From: Lingula anatina
Taxonomy: Eukaryota > Animalia > Brachiopoda
Length of the DNA stretch: 64,000 nt
Assembly: GCA_051362555.1 (NCBI GenBank)
Contig: CM120642.1
Span: forward strand, 21,452,001 to 21,516,000
Reading direction: 5' to 3'
Both the position numbers and the translations under genes were made by a program. The stretch's first letter is position 1. Every line of letters starts with the position of its first letter. The notes below the pieces were generated by a model. The model worked only from the letters and a program-made list of their open reading frames with translations, did no database searches and was not told where the DNA came from. Shown here in pieces: positions 55,697 through 64,000 of the stretch.

Positions 55697-56690
55697 CCAG
55701 TTGTGGATAGCTGCAAAATGGACTTGAAGGTCATGAAAGATGGATCTGTGCATCTAGACCAACCAACCTTTAGCAAACAATTAGAGGAGCACCTTACTGG
55801 AGCTACTTTCAAAGTGAACCATGTGGTTGCACACTCTAAGTACAAGACTGAGGTTACTAAAAGGGATTCCATCCAAGCTATGCTTGATAATTCTGAAAAA
55901 AGGTAATTAATATTTTGATTTTAAACCCATATGATATTGATTTCCCCAATACATTACAAGTTGTGCCATTAAAGATTTTGAGTTTTCTTCAATTATTCAT
56001 TCCTTTTAAGTACTTGCTTTGATTTATAACAAATTTAATGACTTTTTCAATTATAGCCAAATATTATTATTTATAATTATTTTTAAATCAATAATTTAAT
56101 TTTTCTTTTTATTAAAAAGAAGTTTTTACTTTGTGTGTATCTTAGAATTTAGTTCTGTATTGTATTATTCCCAGATTCCCTGACCAGGAGCTGATGTCCT
56201 CTTTCTGTGTTTTGGGGATGAAGCCCATTTCTCTACTCAGTCAGGATGAGCTGCAGTGTTGGGGGGATGAAGCCATGGAAATGCTAACATCTCACTTTGG
56301 GGAGAAAATGCACACAATGAATTCAAAGGAATCTGTGTCAAACCCTTATTGATGCTCAAGAGGTGAAGAAAGAATGGAGAATTATAAAAAATGATCTTCT
56401 CACTCAGTGTTACCCAAAGCATTCAACTGCAAAACTCTGGGAATTGATAGCTACTGATCATAAGGATCAATTTCCAAATCTCATAATGTTAGCCTCTTTG
56501 GCACTGGCACATCCAGTGCACACAGTGGATTGCGAAAAATTACAACTGCACTAAGAAATAGACTCAATCCAGAGAATATTGATGCACTCATGAGAATAAA
56601 ATAGAAGGAAGGGATTACTTTGATTTTGTTAGTTGTCTCAAAAAATGGAGGCAAAAAAAGCAGAGGGTTATTTTCCACAATCATAAGTAA
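55697..56690 (+). pseudogene. hAT-family (ZNF862-like) transposase C-terminal pseudogene, two exons (55697-55902 and 56175-~56690)
   Basis: Splicing AG|gtaatt...ttcccag|A joins ...IQAMLDNSEK-R-FPDQELMSSFCVL. After a frameshift at ~56341 it reads LIDAQEVKKEWRIIK...QFPNLIMLASLALAHPVHTVDCE, then in another frame KITTALRNRLNPENIDALMRIK. This matches the hAT dimerisation domain pattern FPNL..LA..AL..P..T..CER.FS..K...RNRL....L..LM.I, with the R.FS part deleted. Confidence 0.85.
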
Positions 56691-56939
56691 ACTGACTTTG
56701 CTTTTAAGAGACAGTGCATAAGAATTAAACTGTTGTTTCTGTCAATAAAACAGGCCCTCCTGATATGGATGTGGTCTGAAACATCACTGGGGGTTTTATT
56801 GTTATTAAAGAGAAAAAAAATCAGATTGAATAAAAAAAAAGAATAAAGCACCAAATCAATGTTTATTGTCATAAATATGTAATTTACCTCTAGTATTACA
56901 ATATTGATGACCATCAAAGGTATTAAAACATGATTACCA

Positions 56940-57002
56940 AAAAAATCCCACTCATAGGCAAAAATCCCACTGCTTCATTTCCAGTGGGATAAAATATCCC
57001 TG
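56940..57002 (+). mobile_element. Possible 3' terminus of the hAT element
   Basis: Subterminal AAAAATCCCACT twice plus an inverted AGTGGGAT, ending in CCCTG (many hAT elements have CAGGG...CCCTG termini). No matching 5' TIR found. Confidence 0.35.
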
Positions 57003-57940
57003 CATTTAGCATAGTTACACTCCTCACATATGTATATATTTGACATGAGGACCACAATGGAAGGGCAGCATTAACCCTCTGCCACCCAAAGGCACTTGTG
57101 ATGACACAAAAACATAAATTTAACTGATGGTTTAAAAAGTATAAATTTACAAAAATCTGATACGTGTAACACAATAGCAAAAAAATTATTTCAGCTATAT
57201 TTTGGTAAATTTCATATTGATCATTAAATTTGAAAAAAGGTTCCTTTATTAGTGCAATCTTTGCCATAAACTTTTCAGCTTTCTGGCCAATTGGACCACC
57301 AGTTTCCTAAAATCTACTGGATTCACTGAGGTCCAAGTAAATTTTTGAATAGACTAGACATTTTCACTATTGCATTACTATTTGTAATAACACGACAATG
57401 TCTCTGTCATTCTTTTTAGAATCATCATATAACAGTTATATTGAATAAAAAATTAGATCAAAAGTCACCTATCTGGCGCATACCTATAGTGTCATTAATT
57501 TCTTAGCCTTTTCACATAGCCAATGCCAGCTTGCAAGGTATATCATTATACATGGCACAGGGCTGCAATACTGAACAACCAATTTTCTTGTGTGAAAACT
57601 AGGCAATGTGTGTGACCGTAGATGATCTATTTCACTGGCCAGTCATTTTAAACTAAAAACGGAATAAACATAGAATCCTAGTGTAGAATGGGTCAAGCAG
57701 CAGTTACTGAGTAGGAGAAAATTGCTCCTTACCCCAGGAAAATTAATGGGGGGGGGGGGAGGAGGAGGGTTAGATCTAGTAGAGAACTTCTTCAACTACA
57801 GTCAATAATTTGAACAAATACCATGAACAGTTTTTAAATAATGTGACCTTTAAAAAGTTTGAATCAATTGCAGCTAAACAGTGTTACGCTCATGACATTT
57901 TGGCTATATTTTCAGCTTTTCACTTTTACTTTGTTTAATA

Positions 57941-57943
<3 letters not shown>

Positions 57944-57987
<44 letters not shown>
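57944..57987. repeat. Poly(T) tract, 44 nt
   Basis: Direct reading; it produces the spurious poly-Lys ORF 57904-58113. Confidence 0.95.
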
Positions 57988-57989
<2 letters not shown>

Positions 57990-59218
57990 AGTTATGAACA
58001 ACCTTGTGGAGAGATAAAACAGTGTTATAAGTTTCACTTTCTAGAAATTTTAATAAAATTTCTAAAATTTCATTCAAAAAATTTAAAATAGCCCATAAGG
58101 CCATATTTGACAATCATGCTGCAACAGATGGGTATCCATCTAAGTTTTGTTACTATCACAGTTATTTAGCACGATTTATTTCCTGATTATTTGACATTTA
58201 TATTAAAAAAAAAAAAAAGAAGCACTGCAGCCAGTGGGCCATTTGATTACAGCTGAATCTTCCTTCCTGTATATATCTTTAATTAACCTGAAGGTATGCT
58301 GTCCTTGACAATGGACAGCATATCTTGTGACTTATCTGATATAAGGAAACCAGGAGTTATCTAAATAGCCCAGTGAAACTTTCTTTATTGTTGTGGATGA
58401 AACCAGTTTTAGAAAATAATTACTATGTCCTACCATACCTGTGTTTAATTGAGATTATGTAAATCTTTGTATATCTACCTCACCTTTGTTTAATGGAGAC
58501 GGAAAATTACTATATAGCCGCCTTCGTCTATGTTCTATGTTATACATCCTGCCTGTGTCTCTGTATTATGTAAATTGTCGAATTATCTATTAAATTAAGT
58601 TGATGCTGCTGAGTGACAGGTTACCTGACCAATAGTAACCAGGAATGTCCTCAGTCTGTCATCCCCCCTCCCACGGGATTTAAAAATTAGCAATGTTGTG
58701 AAGAAGTCAGTACAGGGTTAGCACTGGAGCAGGAAGGTTGTCATCTATATTGTAAGGCTAAGGCTCCTATGTACACTTATGCTAACAGAAATAAACCCGT
58801 ATTATAACTGAAGTCGTGAGTTTGTTGAGTGGAGACATATCAGATCCCCAGCATATGGTCGGAGGCCTTCCCCTGGACCATCATATTACTATGGAAACAC
58901 ATTTTAAAAAAACGATATGATTTAAGTTTTCTAGGCATGTGATCTCCTACTTTTCCACTCACATATATATATATTGTATACCTGATCCCGCCAGGTGTCC
59001 AGTAACATCTAAAATCTGGAGATTCTAAAATTTTGCTCAATAAGGGGGGGGGGGGGGGGGGGGGGTACCGTTGTGCTCAGGTGCTCAGTGGGCGGTGGTG
59101 ACCCCTATCTCAAACAATTAGAAGAGAATTATGAAATTTTCAAAAGATAACCCAACTATTCTGAAGATAAATCGACAGGGCGTTAGCTGACAGTGGTGCA
59201 AATTTTCAAAGTCGCTCT

Positions 59219-59318
59219 TATCCGGGAGATTTGGTTACATGTAGGCCTACGGGTGACGGGTAGATTCGTTCTGTATCCGGGAGACTCCCAGATTATCCGG
59301 GAGAGTCGACATGTATAC
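59219..59318. mobile_element. Probable decayed terminus of a small hAT-like MITE
   Basis: TATCCGGGAGA occurs three times, ending ...CCGGGAGAGTCGACATGTATAC. Only one end is recognisable. Confidence 0.3.
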
Positions 59319-61226
59319 AACAAGCCCATATGAATGTCTCCCCGACGACTTTGATTTCAGGAAAACTTAGATGAATGAACACCGTTTTGTGTTGAATAGA
59401 TCTTGGACCTAAATAGAGATAGGTCCAAGAATAGATCTATGATTTTGTAGAAACAGAATGAAAGACACGAATGTAGATAACATTTGTTCGTTATCACAAA
59501 CCAGAAAATAGTCTTAATACTTACCCAATAAACTAAATTGCACTCCTCTTCGATTGTGTTAACTTGCAAAATTACATGTATTCCGCGCTTTCCAATCCCA
59601 AAAAATCTTCACTGAAACTTTGCATATGTAAGGCGAGGTGGCGATTGAATGGGAAAAGATGACATTTTGTTACGTTGTTAATATAGATATATTCCATAAC
59701 GTGCGAAATGCTTGAAAATAGTATTCCGATCCGAAAGAACTACCCTGAGTGTCAGAGCAACGTAAAAGCTAGCTTGTTAAATATATACCTTGTGATGGAG
59801 TCGCTTTTAGTATTGGTATTGTATTGTTGATATGGGTTATATATGAAATCAAGATCGAGCTGACAATACCGGAATCTAGAACCTAGGGTAGAAAGAACAA
59901 GTCTGTTGATGAAAAAAAAGACCCGCAGTGAAAACGCAATCAACATATCTGTCACAACTAACACACTATATCGGAGGAGAATCGGGGCACATCAAGCGCA
60001 TCCCAGTTCAGCGCTACGTTCAAGCTGTTTCTGCCTAGATCTTTTGATTTTTAGTTCAAATACAAATTGATAATATTTTGGTTGAAAAGGATTTGAATTG
60101 GTCATTATTTAAAAGAATCCCAGTGTTCATTATTTAAAAGGAAAAGAAGTTATTTTTTACACTCCCTTTTTATTTAAATTTTCTGGGATGGTAGGTCTAC
60201 CGGTATTGCCCGATATATAGATCCAGGATCCAGGATTATTTGAAGGGGGGGGGGGGGGGGGGGGGTCCGCCGCGGATGCTTTGCTTACTCGAGCTGATGA
60301 CGTAGCAGCAGCTTTTTTAGACTGAAAACTGTATGATGGATTTCAAGCAGATTTCCCTCACCTGAACATAATATGCATGTGTAATGTGGGGCTCAGCTAG
60401 ACCAGTTTTATTATTTCTCCAAGGCGACTGAACTCCCAGCCCCGAAGTACTGTACACTGCACTGCACCTACGTGTAGGTGAATGTTCACATTTTCTCTTT
60501 CCGTTTGTAAAGACGACGCACACCAACAACATAATGTGCAGCGAGGAACCATAGATATTGGTTCACTATGTGTCGTATCCCGCCCCTCCCTTTACTGTAA
60601 CCTTGATAACCCTTATGTACACAAGCAAGCTGTCTGTAATTTCAGTTAACTCTATCATTTATGGTAGTAGTTTCATTAAATTGTAGTTTAGGACTTCCAG
60701 GCCCTATAAAAGAAATAGGCGTTTAACGGGGTGGGGGGGGGGGTTCGCATACGTGGAACCCCACCTTCAAATAATGTCTGAAATAGAAATTAAAAAACCA
60801 AGTTTTCAGCTCACCTTATCTAAACCTGAACAAAGTTGATCAACGTTGCCAGATTAGGAATGGGAGGAAAAAAAGTCTGGTTCGAACACATGCTCATTCG
60901 CCGCCAGTTTTAACTCGACTGCTGGGATTGTGTGATGGGCGGTCGCACTAGCCAATACTTCCATGTACCAGTGAATAACCAGTTGTCATGCACGAATGGT
61001 AACAGTTTACTTTACGGATGACAGGCCTCAGATGCGAAGCCGACCCTCGCCCCCTCCTCCATCCCCTTTGACGTGGGGTTCGGGGCCCGCTGAAAGGGTA
61101 CCGAAAAATTTGGTATTTTAGAGGGCGAACGATGCCGTTTGTTACGGTCTAGAACTATGATAAGATAGTCAAAATTCTAATATCAAGAGGGGAGTATTGG
61201 TGTGGTTTATTTTTCAGGAACTGAAG

Positions 61227-61288
61227 GGGGGGGGGGGGGTAGGGGTGTCAGGGGGTCCTGCCCCTGACACCCCTACCCCCCCCCCCCC
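61227..61288. repeat. Perfect GC-rich inverted repeat (~28-bp stem, 6-nt loop), probably a MITE remnant
   Basis: G13-TAGGGGTGTCAGGGG-gtcctg-CCCCTGACACCCCTA-C13. Confidence 0.8.
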
Positions 61289-62129
61289 TAAACCAGCCAC
61301 TGCTTAGGCTGCAGTGTTTTGCCTGTGCTGCGGTCTCGGCCTCATTGTGACGGCACAAAATTCATGCGTTGTAGGGTAGATCGGGGCTAAACGCCACCCT
61401 TAAACAAGAAACGTCACAGTTTTCCCTGCTGAAGGTATAGACCGTTCAAAGTGGGTGTTAACTATGAAGGGCTGCCTAGACTACAAACTGATACTAATTG
61501 TGCTCACGGACGGCAGGAAAGGTCTCAAAAAGTATTAACTTTCGACCAGTTTGCGCTCCTACAAAGAAAAAAGAAGAAGAAGAAAGAGAAGAACCAGCCT
61601 GTCCCTTCCTGTGTTGACGTGAAAAAAGTGAGCAGTGGGCTTTTAGAATACCATTATTTTTATAGCCCGCGCTCCCATTGCCGTGGGCAGCCGTAGGTGT
61701 GTGAGGAGGAGACCTTCCCGCAATATATTTTGAAATAAGCCATTGATGTTGTGATTATGTCATGTAAACCAAATATTGGTCTTCAAAATGGAAGATAGAC
61801 TGCCTTGTATGAATAAAATTAACAAACCAAGGCGGGACTAGTCTCTAGAGTAGACAGCGTATGGAGTATAGCTCTCTACAAAAATTGCACGCGTTCATGA
61901 GAAGACGCGGTACTGGCTACCATTAAAAGACCCAGTTCAATAGAAAATGGAACAAATTTTTATATCAACCCTGTATCAATTTCCGATTCCCCATCTAGTA
62001 AATTCTAAATCATTCTTACGTACATGGAGATTAAAATGTATTAAAATAAATGAAGCGAGAGAGAGCGAGAGAGGTTGAACAATAGGAATGGAACTATATA
62101 CGGCTTTTCGGAGTTTACTTGTGAATGAC

Positions 62130-62260
62130 TACCCTCTACCAGGGCGACTGATAGATTTTTACGGATATTCACAGATATGTCTCTAGCTAGACAATCTATC
62201 TAGCTAGAGACATATCTGTGAATATTCGTAAAAATCTATCAGTCGCCCTGGTAGAGGGTA
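62130..62260. mobile_element. 131-bp palindromic MITE with a 9-bp TSD (AcademH- or Mutator-type)
   Basis: TACCCTCTACCAGGGCGACTGATAGATTTTTACG... folds back almost perfectly over ~62 bp. GTGAATGAC is duplicated at 62121-62129 and 62261-62269. Confidence 0.9.
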
Positions 62261-63514
62261 GTGAATGACCCTTAAATCGGGGCTTAAGTAAGCTCAGTAT
62301 CTGAGGGTATTTCTAAGTGCAAAAAAAAAGGAAGCCAAGAAATGAAGTTGCCTCGTACACAATTTTTTGCGTGCACTTCTTTTGTTTACGTACTAAAAGA
62401 GAGGAATGTCAAGACTCGCATACCGCCCCCGGTTCCTCTGTTTGAACCCCTTTGACTTATCTGCTGACAAACCGACTTTTCTCGACCTGAGCTCAAAACT
62501 ACGGAAGATTTTTACCTAATCTGGGTTATAGAAACGAGTGAGAGATGTTTCTCTATAACAGATTAGTTGAAAAAAATACCGAGAGAAAAAAGCTTCATTT
62601 TCAGTGTCACTTATGAAACATTAATATACTGCACGTAGAATATTAACGTAGCATCCATTTAAAATTTATATATAATAAAAAGATAATTTTTTACCAATGT
62701 TATGAAATACAGTATAAAATGTTTAACGAACAACTTCATTAAATTAAACCAAGAATTTCAAGTCTTTGATTAGACCAGCCCGACTTATTGCTATTCACAC
62801 GTAATTGAAATCTGGAGTTTTTATACTTATGAAGTACTAAAAATATATCGCATATTAAAGCTCGAAAGATTGTTAACGCATTGCATAAAATTTTCAGTTT
62901 TAATTTGTCAGTTTTAATTGTGTAGTTTATTTGAAAACAACAGTTTTCACGCACGCTCCTGTCAATATACAGAGACGGGCTACTTATTGCCCCGGCCCTT
63001 TATAAGGAACGAACAAAACCGGTAGTTTTTAATTTTACCTGGTTTTACCTGGTCACTAACATCATTATCTCGGCCTTTCTCTCTCCGTAGCTCATGAAAA
63101 AGATGGCAAGGTTTTACTTTTTATACCATTCGTTTCTCTAAAAATGACCCAAAAATATTCATTGGGCCGGTGTAAAAGAACATGAGTATGCTTAAAGTAA
63201 TATGTTCAGTTCGTATACGAAGATCCGATTTCGTACGAGCACCAAAGAAAGGATCATGGAGCAACAAACATCGACAACAACGCTAATTCATGTATAGTCA
63301 TTTTACACCATATCCAGAAAAAGAATGACAACTGATTTTTAGTACAATTAAAAACGCTTGTGAAAGAAACCGGGACTCTTTCATGTTGTTAAATTTCGGT
63401 CTCTCGGTTGAAATAAAAAACCCGATGGTTTTTAACGCGCTGCAAGAAAAAAAAAAAGAAAAGAAAATGCCCCCTACCCCCAGAATGTTACGACATGTAT
63501 TGTTATAGACAGGT

Positions 63515-63910
63515 ATGAATCAAATTCAAACAGGCTAATTCAGCTTTGATGGAAGCTGTCAAGCGCACACGAATATGAATGACAGTTTTTTTAAACAAAC
63601 GTCAAACACAATTACTACACTCTTCTCTCCGAACATGTAAAAACCCCTATATCCTTTGATTGACAAGATGCCAATCAAATTCATTAGTTTTGATAGCTGC
63701 TGTCAAGTAATTACAGCTTGATTGGCAGGTTATATAAACAAACGTCAATCACAATCATTACACGGTGGATCACTATAGTCGTCGAACACATTTAGTTCAA
63801 CCTTCCTACACCCTTTGATTGACAAGGTGCCAATCAAATTCAGTAGTTTTGGTAGTTGCTGTCAAAAAATAACAGATCGATTGGCAGGTTATATAAACAA
63901 ACGTCAATCA
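63515..63910 (+). repeat. Degenerate tandem repeat (~143-159-bp period, ~2.5-3 copies) containing CCAAT, ATTGG and TATATAAA motifs
   Basis: AAACAAACGTCAA at ~63593, 63736 and 63895. TTTGATTGACAAG.TGCCAATCAAATTCA...GATTGGCAGGTTATATAAACAAACGTCAATCA occurs twice, 159 bp apart. Confidence 0.75.
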
Positions 63911-64000
63911 TCGCGCACTGTGATTTCTCTCGCTGTGAAACAGTGAGTACGCCAAAAGAGAGCGCTAAAATCTGAAGTTAGTAATTAAATTGCAAAATAT

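Noticed and set aside
57904-58113. Poly-lysine ORF
   Set aside because: An artefact of the T44 tract.
58694-58842. Possible short solo LTR (TGTTGTG...AATAAA...TATCA)
   Set aside because: No matching TSD, second LTR or internal domain.

Overview
Eukaryotic (animal, probably marine invertebrate) repeat-rich DNA with no intact protein-coding gene. Bases 1-~51,600 are a composite satellite: an AT-rich, dyad-rich ~194-bp monomer in runs of varying length, interleaved with 26 copies of a ~0.5-kb non-monomer 'core'. The core carries a minus-strand exon-like segment that may be a decayed piggyBac transposase C-terminus (speculative). The array is organised into near-identical higher-order repeats (6716, 2783, ~1325 and ~950 bp) and becomes more diverged towards its right edge. 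Three unrelated mobile elements have inserted into it within the same ~10-bp spot of the monomer: a 2129-bp TIR element with a TTAA duplication, a 140-bp non-LTR 3' end, and a 2.3-kb non-autonomous Helentron/HINE containing a nested MITE. Right of the array is a nested TE stack: an old HINE relic split by two tail-to-tail copies of a second HINE family, an intron-containing hAT (ZNF862-like) transposase pseudogene, a palindromic MITE with a 9-bp TSD, homopolymer tracts and a CCAAT/TATA-bearing tandem repeat. All coordinates and identities were read by eye; no database search was possible.
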